Of a stretch of 64,000 nt of DNA, positions 1 to 11,935 are shown piece by piece. The translations under genes were made by a program, and so were the position numbers. The notes beneath the pieces were generated by a model, which made no database searches, was not told the DNA's origin, and saw only the letters and a program-made list of their open reading frames with translations. Within the stretch, counting starts at the first letter, position 1, and each line of letters starts with the position of its first letter. The DNA comes from Candidatus Aldehydirespiratoraceae bacterium (GTDB lineage: Bacteria > Actinomycetota > Acidimicrobiia > Acidimicrobiales > Aldehydirespiratoraceae), in contig OZ242337.1 in assembly GCA_965208435.1 (NCBI GenBank), positions 384,998-448,997 of the forward strand, read 5' to 3'.

Positions 1-1170
1 ATTGACGCGGTGAACCGCCTCGTTGATGTCCTCAACCCCCTCGAAATACGAGGTCACCTCGTCGAGCCCGTCGATGAACACGAATGAGCGGACCTTGGAG
101 AACTGCCCGGAGATGGCGTAAACGAGGTGCAGCGTGAAACGGGCGAACGCAGCAACCGAACCGGAGATGTCGGCGACGACGAAGATCTCGGGCTTGTGCG
201 GATTCGGGTTGCGGAACTTCGGTTCCACCGGGACCCCGCCGTAGCTCAATGAAGCACGGACCGTGCGCCGGAAATCGAGGGGACCCCTGCGTCCGTGTCG
301 GCGCTTGCGCTGCAGACGAGCCGCCAACTTGCGCGTCAGCGGGTAGATCGCCTTGCGCAGGTTCGCCATCTCCTCGCGGGAGGCGTGCATGAAATCGACG
401 TCCTCGGGCAGGGGCTTGCGGAGCGTCTTGGCCATCGCCTCAACACCGCGATCGGCCACCAACCGCCTCCGGATCTCCGCCTCTATCTCCTTTTGCAGCT
501 GATCGATCCGCTGCTGGTACTCGTCGCGCCAGAGCCGCTGGTCGAACTCTGAGAACTCCCCCTGAGTCTCTTGGGCCTGCTGCAGCAGACGCTGGAGGAC
601 GCCGTCGAGATCAAGGTTGCGCAGTGTCCGGTAGAGGTAGTAGGTGCCCCCGACCGGCCTGCCGGGCTCCATCCCCGCGAACCGACGAACAGCCTGGCGC
701 GCGACGCCCTTCATCATCTGGGCGTCACCGCGCATCAACGACTGGAACAGCATCTCCGCAAGTTCCTCGGGACTCAGGTTCTCGCCTGCGCCACCACCAC
801 CCTGCTGGTCTCCGAGCTGAGCCTCGCCAAGTTCGTCGTCGTCAAGGTCGCTGAAGTCGTCGTGGGAGCCAATGGCGTACTCCTTGCCCCGCAAGGAGAA
901 ATACACCTCGAACACCGTCTCGAAGGCCTTCCAGTGGTTGTAGTGCTTGACCAGCGTGGCGCCGAGCGCGTACTTGAAGGACTCGCGGTCACCGATCGGC
1001 ACATGCTTCACCGCTTCGAGTGCGTCGAGGTTCTCGGTGAGGCTCACCGGCAGGCCGGCGGCGCGCAGCTCAATGATGAACCCGTTGAGCAGTTCCAGGA
1101 TGGCGTCACCCAACTCCAGAGGAATCGGCTGACTTGCGCCGTTTCCTTCAGAGGTGCTGATCGCGGTCAT
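1..1170 (-). CDS. VWA domain-containing protein (CoxE-like), 3' end beyond window edge
   Basis: Minus-strand frame is open from ATG at 1170 to position 1 (absent from ORF track because no stop lies in the window). My translation starts MTAISTSEGNGASQPIPLELGD and includes PEIFVVADISGSVAAFARF (VWA DxSGS-type motif). Lies 7 nt downstream of a MoxR ATPase, the classic MoxR-VWA pair. Confidence 0.8.
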   Translation of the reverse strand, partial: MTAISTSEGNGASQPIPLELGDAILELLNGFIIELRAAGLPVSLTENLDALEAVKHVPIGDRESFKYALGATLVKHYNHWKAFETVFEVYFSLRGKEYAIGSHDDFSDLDDDELGEAQLGDQQGGGGAGENLSPEELAEMLFQSLMRGDAQMMKGVARQAVRRFAGMEPGRPVGGTYYLYRTLRNLDLDGVLQRLLQQAQETQGEFSEFDQRLWRDEYQQRIDQLQKEIEAEIRRRLVADRGVEAMAKTLRKPLPEDVDFMHASREEMANLRKAIYPLTRKLAARLQRKRRHGRRGPLDFRRTVRASLSYGGVPVEPKFRNPNPHKPEIFVVADISGSVAAFARFTLHLVYAISGQFSKVRSFVFIDGLDEVTSYFEGVEDINEAVHRVN

Positions 1171-1177
1171 CGCAGGA

Positions 1178-2059
1178 TCAAACGCTCACACCGTCGGCAG
1201 TCACCAGCTCCTTTGCGACCTTCTTTATGTCGCTCTGGTACTTCAACAGGATGTTGAGCGTGTCGCTCGCAGTCTGCTCCTCGATCTTCTCGACCCCGAG
1301 CAGCACCAGCGTGCGCGCCCAGTCGATCGTCTCAGACACCGACGGCGCCTTCTTCAACTCGATCTGACGTATCGAGCGCACGACCCGGGCGACCTGATCG
1401 GCCAGATTCTCTGTGATCTCAGGGACCTTCGTGAGCACGATCTCCTTCTCGCGCTCCAGGTCGGGATAATCGACGTGAAGGTACAGGCAACGCCGTTTCA
1501 AAGCCTCAGAAAGCTCACGGGTGTTGTTGGAGGTCAGGAACACCAGCGGAATCTGGGAGGCCTCGATAGTGCCGAGCTCCGGGATCGAGACCTGATAGTC
1601 CGAGAGGATCTCAAGCAGCAGAGCCTCGGTCTCGACCTCGACACGGTCGACCTCGTCGATCAGCAGCACGACGGGATCGGTCGCGCTGATCGCCTCGAGC
1701 AGCGGCCTTGTCAACAGGAACTCGTCGGAGAAGATGTCGTCTGACAGGCCGTCCCAGTCATGGCCGTCACTTCCGTCGCTCTGAATCCTCAGGAGCTGCT
1801 TCTTGTAGTTCCACTCGTACAGCGCCTTGGCTTCGTCGAGCCCTTCGTAACACTGCAGACGGATCAACCGTGTGCCCAGCACCTCCGAAACGCTCTTTGC
1901 CAGCTGCGTCTTGCCGGTACCTGCAGGTCCCTCCACCAAGACCGGTTTCTGCAACCGGTCCGCGAGGTAGACCACACCGGCGATGCCCTCGTCGGACAGA
2001 TAGTCGACCTGCTGCAGGCCGTCCTTGAGAGAGGCGACGTCCTTGAAACGAAATGACAT
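1178..2059 (-). CDS. MoxR-family AAA+ ATPase
   Basis: 293 aa; Walker A LVEGPAGTGKTQLAK, Walker B LLIDEVDR, overall MoxR/AAA_3-like sequence. Confidence 0.9.
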   Translation of the reverse strand: MSFRFKDVASLKDGLQQVDYLSDEGIAGVVYLADRLQKPVLVEGPAGTGKTQLAKSVSEVLGTRLIRLQCYEGLDEAKALYEWNYKKQLLRIQSDGSDGHDWDGLSDDIFSDEFLLTRPLLEAISATDPVVLLIDEVDRVEVETEALLLEILSDYQVSIPELGTIEASQIPLVFLTSNNTRELSEALKRRCLYLHVDYPDLEREKEIVLTKVPEITENLADQVARVVRSIRQIELKKAPSVSETIDWARTLVLLGVEKIEEQTASDTLNILLKYQSDIKKVAKELVTADGVSV

Positions 2060-2121
2060 AGAGGATCAAGGTTAGCGGCCGTTAACCCCGGTGCCCGTAT
2101 CGCTGTTCGCTGCGCCGGTTG

Positions 2122-2213
2122 CCCCGCTCTTGTTCACTGCGCTCACCGGGCCGCTCGGGCCCGGGTACCCCGCTCTTGTTCACTGCGCTCACCGGGCCGC
2201 TCGGGCCCGGGTC
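2122..2213. repeat. Tandem 2 x 46 bp copy of the 5' module of the dispersed intergenic repeat family
   Basis: CCCCGCTCTTGTTCACTGCGCTCACCGGGCCGCTCGGGCCCGGGT occurs at 2122-2167 and again at 2168-2213. Same 5' module as at 6032, 8571 and 58402. Confidence 0.85.
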
Positions 2214-3489
2214 AAGGCCGGACGTGGCCCTCGCCGCGGACCACGTACTTGCAGGTGGTGAGCTGCTCGAGCCCCATCGGACCGCGAGCATGGAGCTTCT
2301 GGGTCGAAATGCCGATCTCGGCACCGAATCCGAACTCCTCACCGTCGACGAACCGGGTCGATGCGTTGACCAGAACCGCCGCCGCGTCGACCTCGCGGGC
2401 GAAACGGTCCGCAGCGCGGACATCGTTGGTGACAATCGCTTCGCTGTGTCCCGTCGAAGTCTCAGACACGTGGGCGATCGCCTCGTCGAGATCGCCGACC
2501 ACCTTGACGCTCATCTTCATGTCGAGGTACTCGGTCGCGAAGTCCGCCGGTTCAGCGGCAGCGATAGACGGGGAGATCCGGCACGACTCCTCGTCGCCCA
2601 CCAACTCGACCCCCTCGAGAGCGACCACCATCCTCAAAAGGAACTCCAAAGCGACATCGCGGTGAACGACAAGGGACTCCGCGGCGTTGCAGACCCCGGT
2701 TCGCTGAGTCTTGGCGTTGACGAGGATCTCGATTGCCATGTCGAGATCGGCGGCAGCGTCAACATAGACATGGCAGTTGCCGGCCCCGTCGATGACATAG
2801 GGAACCGTGGCGTTGTCGAGGATCGACTGGATCAACGACGGACCCCCGCGGGGGATCAGACAGTCGATGTAGTCGTTCTGCTGCATGAACTCAACAGCGG
2901 CCTCACGACGCGTGTCGTCGACGACCACCAGGGCGTCAGCAGGAAGCCCCGCCTTGGTGAGTGCCTCACGCAACACGGCCGACACAGCCAGATTCGAATT
3001 GATCGCAGACGACGATCCACGCAGGAACGCGGCGTTTCCAGACTTGAGACAGAGACCGAAGGCGTCGCTGGTTACGTTGGGACGGCTCTCGTAGATGATC
3101 GCCACAACACCGAGCGGCACGTGCACCCGTTCAATGCGCAGCCCGTTGGGCCGCACCCAGCCGTCGCTGATCCGGGACACGGGATCAGCGAGGGACGCAA
3201 CCTTCCCAAGGCCGTCGGCCATCGCTTCAATGCGCGAATGATCAAGCCGCAGCCGATCGACAAGCGGCGCTGCCATCTGAGCGCTGACCGCCCCTTCCAC
3301 ATCCACAGCGTTGGCCTCCAACACCGACTCCGCATTCGCCATCAGCAGGTCGGCTCCGGCATGCAGGGCGGCGTCCTTGCATTCGGTGCTGGCAACGGCC
3401 AACACGCGTGATGCGATCTTGGCGCGCTCCGCGAGCTGTGGGATGGGAGTGGTTCGACCGGTCACGGTCTCAGCGTACCGGGTCGGCAC
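2212..3489 (-). CDS. proA: Gamma-glutamyl phosphate reductase
   Basis: 425 aa; C-terminal NASTRFVDGEEFGFGAEIGISTQKLHARGPMG is the typical ProA signature. Confidence 0.95.
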   Translation of the reverse strand: MPTRYAETVTGRTTPIPQLAERAKIASRVLAVASTECKDAALHAGADLLMANAESVLEANAVDVEGAVSAQMAAPLVDRLRLDHSRIEAMADGLGKVASLADPVSRISDGWVRPNGLRIERVHVPLGVVAIIYESRPNVTSDAFGLCLKSGNAAFLRGSSSAINSNLAVSAVLREALTKAGLPADALVVVDDTRREAAVEFMQQNDYIDCLIPRGGPSLIQSILDNATVPYVIDGAGNCHVYVDAAADLDMAIEILVNAKTQRTGVCNAAESLVVHRDVALEFLLRMVVALEGVELVGDEESCRISPSIAAAEPADFATEYLDMKMSVKVVGDLDEAIAHVSETSTGHSEAIVTNDVRAADRFAREVDAAAVLVNASTRFVDGEEFGFGAEIGISTQKLHARGPMGLEQLTTCKYVVRGEGHVRP

Positions 3490-3542
3490 AGTAGTCTTGA
3501 CGGGAGTCGAGGCAGTTCAATCGGTGAAAGGGACCAACTGGA

Positions 3543-5222
3543 GTGTCGGCACCGAAACGAAACGGGTCTGTACTGGTCGCTCTGGGGATCGGCATTTCAC
3601 GGGCGTCGGGACTGCTGCGCGAACTGGTCGCGAGCCGGGTGTTCGGCCTCGGACTCGCCGCCGACGCCTTCTCTGCCGCTTCGCAGATCCCCAACCTGCT
3701 GCAGAACCTGCTCGGAGAGGGCGTGCTCTCGGCATCGTTCGTGCCCGTCTACAGCAAACTCCTCGACGACGAGGATCCCAAGGAGTCCAGCCGTGTCGCA
3801 GGGGCGGTCGGGGCGCTGATTCTGGCGATCACCGGCATCTGCGTGGGGATCTTCGTTCTTGCTGCCCGACCGATCACATCGGTGCTGGCATTCGGTCTCA
3901 GCGGCGAGAAGTTCGAGATCGTCGTCGACCTGGTCCAGATCATGGCCCTGGGTATGGGATTCCTGGTCATGTCGGCGTGGTGCCTCGGCGTGCTCAACAG
4001 CCATCGCCGCTTCTTTCTCCCCTATGCTGCGCCGGTCATCTGGAATGCCTGCCAGATCGTCGCCCTCTACCTGATGTGGGCCCGGGACTGGGACCTCGTC
4101 GACGCCGCGAGGGGCCTGGCGCTGGCGGTCACCGTCGGTGGCCTGCTGCAACTGCTTATCCAATTGCCGACCGTGCTGCGCCTGGCCTCCGGCATCAGGT
4201 TTCGACCCGACGGACGAGACCCGTCCGTGCTGGAGATCCGACGGCGCTTCGTGCCTGCGCTGCTCGGGCGCGGCGTCGTTCAGTTGTCGGCATACCTGGA
4301 CCTGATGCTGGCCACCCTGTTGGCGACCGGCGCGATCGCCGCGTTGATCAAGGCGCAACTGTTGTACACACTCCCTGTGAGCCTCTTCGCGATGAGTGTG
4401 GCTGCAGCGGAACTCCCGGAGCTGTCACGGCTCGTCGGGGACCCGCTGAGACTGGCGTCCCGCTCCGAGCGGGGGTTCCGACGGATCGCCTTCTGGATGC
4501 TCATGGCATCGATGGTGTCGATAGTGGCCGGTGACCTGATAATCCGGGTTCTGTTCGAAGGCGGCGAATTCAGCCAGACCGACGCGGTCCTGGTGTGGTG
4601 TGTGCTCGGCGCCTACGCCGTCGGACTGCCCGCAATCGGTGCCAGCCGCCTGCTCCAGAACACCTGCTACGCCGTCGGCGACACCCGGGGGCCGGCCCGT
4701 ATTGCGGGGCTTCGAGTGGTCGTCTCAGCGGCCGTTGCGCTGCTCATCATGTTCTCGTTGGACCGCGTGATCGTCACGACAGGCGGATTGACGACGAACG
4801 GCGGCTGGATCTCCTCGGTGCCCCTGGCCGAGAGCCTGAGGGCGGTAGAAGGACCCGTGCGCCTCGGAGCGGTCGGCCTGTCCGCCGCTTCTGCGGTCGG
4901 TGCCTGGGTCGAACTGCTGCTTCTGTCGGTTCGGTCCCGCCGCCACCTGCCCCGCATGACCAACCCAGTGCGAACGCTGGGGCGACCGGCAGCAGCCGCG
5001 GCCGGAGCCTTCGTGCTCGCCGGCGCGACCAGACTGGTGCTCCCGGACATTCCGATGCTCCCCGACATTCGGTATCTCCCGGACCTGTCGCTGCTGATCA
5101 CCGCTGCGGTGGTCGTCGGCGTGGCGGTGGTCGGCTACGTGGCCATCGCCGCCCGCATCGGCGTGGAAGAAACCCGGCTGCTGTCGGACCCCGTCCGCAA
5201 GGCGTTCTCGCGCTCACGCTGA
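3543..5222 (+). CDS. murJ: Lipid II flippase MurJ/MviN
   Basis: 559 aa polytopic membrane protein. N-terminus GISRASGLLRELVASRVFGLGLAADAFSAASQIPNLLQNLLGEGVLSASFVPVY matches the MurJ family pattern. Confidence 0.9.
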   Translation: MSAPKRNGSVLVALGIGISRASGLLRELVASRVFGLGLAADAFSAASQIPNLLQNLLGEGVLSASFVPVYSKLLDDEDPKESSRVAGAVGALILAITGICVGIFVLAARPITSVLAFGLSGEKFEIVVDLVQIMALGMGFLVMSAWCLGVLNSHRRFFLPYAAPVIWNACQIVALYLMWARDWDLVDAARGLALAVTVGGLLQLLIQLPTVLRLASGIRFRPDGRDPSVLEIRRRFVPALLGRGVVQLSAYLDLMLATLLATGAIAALIKAQLLYTLPVSLFAMSVAAAELPELSRLVGDPLRLASRSERGFRRIAFWMLMASMVSIVAGDLIIRVLFEGGEFSQTDAVLVWCVLGAYAVGLPAIGASRLLQNTCYAVGDTRGPARIAGLRVVVSAAVALLIMFSLDRVIVTTGGLTTNGGWISSVPLAESLRAVEGPVRLGAVGLSAASAVGAWVELLLLSVRSRRHLPRMTNPVRTLGRPAAAAAGAFVLAGATRLVLPDIPMLPDIRYLPDLSLLITAAVVVGVAVVGYVAIAARIGVEETRLLSDPVRKAFSRSR

Positions 5223-5254
5223 CTAGCGGCGCCGCCAGCCACTACGATTGAACC

Positions 5255-6031
5255 ATGCTGCAGTATCTGAAGAAGCGTTGGAACTACTTGATCACCAGAT
5301 CGAACCAGAGATTCGAGGAGTCCGCCGACCCCAAAGTGCAGTTGGAACAGGCCATCAGCGAGGCCAAAGACCAGCACAACCGTCTCCGCGGGCAAGCGGC
5401 CAACGTCATCGCCAACCAGAAGCAGACCGAGCTTCGGCTAAACCGCGCCATCGAGGAGCTCGAGCGGTACAGCGGCAACGCCCGTCAGGCCGTCAAGATG
5501 GCCGACGACGCCACCCGCGCCGGACACTCCGAGAACCTGGAGCGCTACACCGACGCAGCCGAACACTTCGCCAACCGGATCGTGATCCTCGAAGAGGAGA
5601 TCGAGAGCCTCAAAGGTCTGTACTTTCAAGCCTCCGAAGCCGCTGACCAAGCCAAGGCTGCAGTTGAGCAGAACGCCGGACTGCTCCAGAAGAAGCTCGG
5701 GCAACGCCAGGCTCTGTTGAGCCAACTCGACCAGGCCAAGATGCAGGAGACCGTCAACGCCGCCATGAGCACCCTGTCAGAAGCGGTCGGTGAGGACGTT
5801 CCGACCTTCGACCAGGTACGCGACAAGATCGAGGCCCGCTACGCACGGGCCAAGGCGACCGCTGAACTCACCGAGGGCAACGTCGAGACACAGGTGTACG
5901 AAGTCGAGAAGGCCGCTCGGAAGATCGAAGCCCAGTCACGGCTCGAGACGATCCGGTCCAACCTCGGAATCGAGGCTCCCGGCACCGCAGAGGCGATCAC
6001 CGAGACCAGCAGCGATCCAGGCACTTCTTAA
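5255..6031 (+). CDS. PspA/IM30 family protein
   Basis: 258 aa coiled-coil protein. N-terminus DPKVQLEQAISEAKDQHNRLRGQAANVIANQKQTE is typical of PspA/IM30. Confidence 0.85.
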   Translation: MLQYLKKRWNYLITRSNQRFEESADPKVQLEQAISEAKDQHNRLRGQAANVIANQKQTELRLNRAIEELERYSGNARQAVKMADDATRAGHSENLERYTDAAEHFANRIVILEEEIESLKGLYFQASEAADQAKAAVEQNAGLLQKKLGQRQALLSQLDQAKMQETVNAAMSTLSEAVGEDVPTFDQVRDKIEARYARAKATAELTEGNVETQVYEVEKAARKIEAQSRLETIRSNLGIEAPGTAEAITETSSDPGTS

Positions 6032-6154
6032 CCCGCTCTTGTTCGCTTCGCTCACCGGGCCGCTCGGGCCCCGGGCGGGCCGCTCGGGCCACGGCCTCGT
6101 TCGATCGCGGACCTGTGCCGAATCAATCCGCTCGGCCTCTGGCTCGGGCTCGGG

Positions 6155-6155
<1 letters not shown>
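6032..6155. repeat. Dispersed GC-rich intergenic repeat, long copy
   Basis: CCCGCTCTTGTTCGCTTCGCTCACCGGGCCGCTCGGG...ATCCGCTCGGCCTCTGG. Fills the convergent spacer between the pspA-like gene and proB. Confidence 0.8.
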
Positions 6156-8520
<2,365 letters not shown>

Positions 8521-8570
8521 TCAGAGGCAGACGCGTTTGCCGACCGCCCCGCGTGGGCGGCGCGCCGCTT

Positions 8571-8667
8571 CCCGCTCTTGTTCGCTGCGCTCACGGGCCG
8601 CTCGGGCACGGCCTCGTTCTGTCACGGCCGTTTGCGGGGTCAATCGGCTCGGCCTCTGGGGCGGCGG
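8571..8667. repeat. Dispersed GC-rich intergenic repeat
   Basis: CCCGCTCTTGTTCGCTGCGCTCACGGGCCGCTCGGGCACGGCCTCGTTC...ATCGGCTCGGCCTCTGGGG, between the obg start and the rpmA stop. Confidence 0.8.
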
Positions 8668-8668
8668 A

Positions 8669-8920
8669 TCAGGCGGGGATCACGTCAACAAGTTTGCGGC
8701 CGCGGCGGCGACCGAACTTGACCGTGCCGTCGGAGGTGGCGAACAGAGTGTCGTCACCACCGCGCATCACGTTGTTGCCCGGGTGGAACTTGGTGCCGCG
8801 CTGGCGAACAATGATCGCGCCGGCCAGAACCTGGCCACCGTCATAAACCTTGACACCCAGTCGCTGAGCGTTGGAATCGCGGCCGTTGCGAGTCGAACCG
8901 CCGCCTTTGGTCTTTGACAT
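8669..8920 (-). CDS. rpmA: 50S ribosomal protein L27
   Basis: 83 aa; [20 protein letters not shown]. Confidence 0.97.
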   Translation of the reverse strand: MSKTKGGGSTRNGRDSNAQRLGVKVYDGGQVLAGAIIVRQRGTKFHPGNNVMRGGDDTLFATSDGTVKFGRRRGRKLVDVIPA

Positions 8921-8926
8921 TGGGAA

Positions 8927-9235
8927 TCAACCCTTCGATATCTTGGTGATCTCGATGAGGGCCTGAGTCTGACGATGCCCCCATCGCCTGCGATTGTTGG
9001 ACTTGCTCTTGTAGAGGAAACCGTTGATCTTCGGGCCCTTGTGCTCCTCGATCACCCGTGCGGTCACCGACGCGCCCTTCAGTTGATCGGGAGTGGCCAG
9101 GACGGTCTCGCCGTCGACGAGCATCACCGGCGCAAGCTCAACATCGGAACCAGGTTCACCCAGACGTTCCACCGAGATCGTCTGGCCCTGCTCGACGCGG
9201 TACTGCTTACCGCCGGTCTTCACTACTGCGTACAT
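8927..9235 (-). CDS. rplU: 50S ribosomal protein L21
   Basis: 102 aa; MYAVVKTGGKQYRVEQGQ. Confidence 0.97.
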   Translation of the reverse strand: MYAVVKTGGKQYRVEQGQTISVERLGEPGSDVELAPVMLVDGETVLATPDQLKGASVTARVIEEHKGPKINGFLYKSKSNNRRRWGHRQTQALIEITKISKG

Positions 9236-9259
9236 AGGCCGAAGATTCTAACGGACCCG

Positions 9260-11164
9260 TCAGCCGATCAGACCATCAATCAACACATGACCATCGCCCT
9301 CACAGGTATCGCAAAGGTCAGAAACCGACTCCAGCAGACCCTCCCCGATCCGCTTGCGGGTCATCTCGACCAATCCGAGACCCGAAATGTCGAACACCTG
9401 CGTTCGGGTCTTGTCACGAGCCAACGCCGCTCGGAACACCTTCATCACCTCGGCACGGTTCTTGGCAATCTCCATGTCGACGAAATCGATCACGATGATC
9501 CCGCCGATGTCACGCAGCCGCAGTTGGTTGGCGACCTCCTCTGCGGCTTCGAGATTGTTGCGGAAGACCGTCTCCTCAAGACTCGACTTGCCGACATTCT
9601 TGCCCGTGTTGACATCGATCACGGTGAGCGCCTCGGTGGCCTCGATGATCAACGAACCACCGGACGGTAGCCAGACCTTGCGATCGAGCGCCTTACGCAA
9701 CTGCTCGTGTACGTGATAGCGCTCGAACAGCGGCAGCTTCGCGGCCCTCGGATCGTAGTACTCGACGCGTTCCGCCAGTGCCGGCGTGATACTGGAAACG
9801 TACGCCCTCACCTCGTCGTAGAGTTCACGGTTGTCGATGACGATCCCGCGGAAGTCCTTGGTGAACTCCTCTCGGATGATCCGCACCGCGGCTTCGGGCT
9901 CTCGGTAGACGAGCGCAGGAGCATTCGTCTTCTTCGCGAGGGTCTCAATCTCGTTCCACTGGGTGACGAGCCGGGCAACATCGCGCTTTATCTCCTCGGC
10001 TGTGACCTTCTCAGCCGCGGTGCGGACAATCACACCGTGCTGTTTGGGTTTCGCCTTGTCGAGGATGCTCCGAAGCCTGGCCCGTTCGGTATCGGGAAGG
10101 CGTTTCGAGATGCCGTAGGTGGAGGTGTTGGGCACCAGCACCACGAAGCGGCCCGGGAGCGACACCTCCTGGGTGAGCCGCGCACCCTTGTGGGCGATCG
10201 GGTTCTTCGTCACCTGGCAGAGGATCGTCTGGCGGGCCTTCAGCAGCTCTTCGATGCGTGGTTGTTCAGTAGGTCCGCTCTCGACGTCCTCCCGGTCGTA
10301 CTGCACGTCGCCGCGGTACAGCACCGCGTTCTTGGGGGTGCCGATATCGACGAAAGCCGCTTCCATGCCCGGGAGCACGTTCTGCACTCGGCCGACGTAG
10401 ATGTTCCCGTGAATCTGGCTCACGTCGTCGGCCGGGCGCGACACCTGGTGCTCGACGAGCTTGCGCCCTTCAAGTGTTGCTATCTGCGTCGCCTTGTCAC
10501 CCACCGACACACACATCATGTAACGGCCGACCGCCTGCCCCTTGCGAGTCCTGCCACGACGCTGTTTGAGCGTCTTCTCGTCGAGTTCGACCGCATCGTC
10601 GATGATCGACTCGACCGGACGATGGGACCTCTGGCCGCGGCCCTGACGACCCTGGGAGCCTCCGGTCTTGTTGCGTGCATCCCCTTGAGACTGGTCGGGA
10701 GCGGACCCCCTGCCACGGCCCCGTCCGCCGCGCTTGCGACGCCGACGCTTCGATCCACCCTCACCCTGGCCGCGGCCCTGGGAGTCCTGCTGCTTCTGGC
10801 CCTGGAGGTCCTGCTGCTTCTGGCCCTGGTTCGAAGATCCTGACCGCCCGGAACCCTTGCCGCCGGAACCGCCGCGGCCGCCGCCACTGCCGCCACGCCC
10901 GTCTTTGGGCTTGGCGTTCGAGGAGCCGCGACCCGAGGGCTTGGCGTTGCCGTCACTCGGAGGAGCCGGCCGGGTGTCTCCTATGCGCGGAGCCCGATTC
11001 GGAGCCGGCGCAGGGCGGGAATCACCGATCTTCGGTTTCTGGGCGCCCGCGGGTTCAGATTTGCCCGCGGGTTCAGGTTTGCCAGTGGATTGAGATTTGG
11101 GATTGGATTGAGGTTTGGGCGCACGCGCGGAGGCGTCGCTGTTGTCGGCCTGTGATTTGGCCAT
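9260..11164 (-). CDS. rne: Ribonuclease E/G family protein with long N-terminal Arg/Gly/Gln-rich disordered region
   Basis: 634 aa. S1-like and catalytic core (VGRVQNVLPGMEAAFVDIG, LIIEATEALTVIDVNTG, DIGGIIVIDFVDM). The first ~190 aa are low complexity (GRGGSGGGRGGSGGKGSGRSG, QGQKQQD repeats, KRRRRKRGGRGRGRG). Confidence 0.9.
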   Translation of the reverse strand: MAKSQADNSDASARAPKPQSNPKSQSTGKPEPAGKSEPAGAQKPKIGDSRPAPAPNRAPRIGDTRPAPPSDGNAKPSGRGSSNAKPKDGRGGSGGGRGGSGGKGSGRSGSSNQGQKQQDLQGQKQQDSQGRGQGEGGSKRRRRKRGGRGRGRGSAPDQSQGDARNKTGGSQGRQGRGQRSHRPVESIIDDAVELDEKTLKQRRGRTRKGQAVGRYMMCVSVGDKATQIATLEGRKLVEHQVSRPADDVSQIHGNIYVGRVQNVLPGMEAAFVDIGTPKNAVLYRGDVQYDREDVESGPTEQPRIEELLKARQTILCQVTKNPIAHKGARLTQEVSLPGRFVVLVPNTSTYGISKRLPDTERARLRSILDKAKPKQHGVIVRTAAEKVTAEEIKRDVARLVTQWNEIETLAKKTNAPALVYREPEAAVRIIREEFTKDFRGIVIDNRELYDEVRAYVSSITPALAERVEYYDPRAAKLPLFERYHVHEQLRKALDRKVWLPSGGSLIIEATEALTVIDVNTGKNVGKSSLEETVFRNNLEAAEEVANQLRLRDIGGIIVIDFVDMEIAKNRAEVMKVFRAALARDKTRTQVFDISGLGLVEMTRKRIGEGLLESVSDLCDTCEGDGHVLIDGLIG

Positions 11165-11203
11165 AGTTTCGTTCCTTCGTTGATGACACCGGGGAACAGG
11201 CGA

Positions 11204-11935
11204 TCATGTCGCCCCCACCGGTGTGGACGAGGCAGCGTCCAGCGGACTGCTGCGCTGCCGATCGTCGGTTTCGTTCGCTGTCCATTGGTGAAGCCTCAGC
11301 ACCCGGTGCTCGATCAGCGGTGGATCAAGAGCGCCCAAGAGTTCAGACACTCGTAGAGCACGCGGTTGGGTGGCGAGTTCAGCGATAAGCCTCACCCCGC
11401 CACCGTTCGCTTGTTCAGCTTCGATTGGCCCTTCAACATCGAGACTCAGCACACCGGGGCGCAGGTCGTCCACGACCTTGCGACCCTTGCGTTCTCTGGT
11501 TACGACGAGATTCTCTGCGGCGAGCGCTCGAGCCACGGCGCCGGCCACGGTATCGGCATCAATGTCGACGACATCGATCTGCCAGGTACAACTTGTGACT
11601 GCCTGCTGCAACGACGCAGTCTGTCGGTCAACGGTCACCGCAGCAGTGACTGCCATTCCTTGCGGAAGCTCATTTGTCAGCCGGGCCGGCAGATCGCCCA
11701 TTTCAATTCCGTTGATTCGTTCGGGATCCAAGTCAATATCAAGATACTCCGCATCGGAGGAATGTCCTGTCGATAGGGCGAGACCAAATGCAATCTTGGG
11801 CCGCGGAGAGAACCCCTGACTGTACGCAACCGGGAGTCCCGCACGCCTGAGCGCCCTCTGGAAGATCCGAGCCACGTCCCGATGCGACGTGAAGCGCACT
11901 TTGCCGTGCTTGTTGAAACAGATCCTGACCCTCAT
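11204..11935 (-). CDS. Radical-SAM-associated protein (TIGR03936/DUF2344-like)
   Basis: Conserved core starts MRVRICFNKHGKVRFTSHRDVARIFQRALRRAGLPVAYSQGFSPRPKIAFG. I place the start at ATG 11935 (ATGA overlap with the upstream radical SAM stop), not at the ORF-track start 12142. Confidence 0.8.
   Translation of the reverse strand: MRVRICFNKHGKVRFTSHRDVARIFQRALRRAGLPVAYSQGFSPRPKIAFGLALSTGHSSDAEYLDIDLDPERINGIEMGDLPARLTNELPQGMAVTAAVTVDRQTASLQQAVTSCTWQIDVVDIDADTVAGAVARALAAENLVVTRERKGRKVVDDLRPGVLSLDVEGPIEAEQANGGGVRLIAELATQPRALRVSELLGALDPPLIEHRVLRLHQWTANETDDRQRSSPLDAASSTPVGAT

Noticed and set aside
2071-2086. Near-palindrome GTTAGCGGCCGTTAAC 12 nt upstream of the moxR start
   Set aside because: Two mismatches, no loop for a hairpin, and no second occurrence. 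Too weak to call an operator.
2119-3411. 430-aa + strand ORF
   Set aside because: Lies entirely antisense to the well-supported proA and has Arg/Gly/Pro-rich low-information sequence. Typical high-GC antisense artefact.
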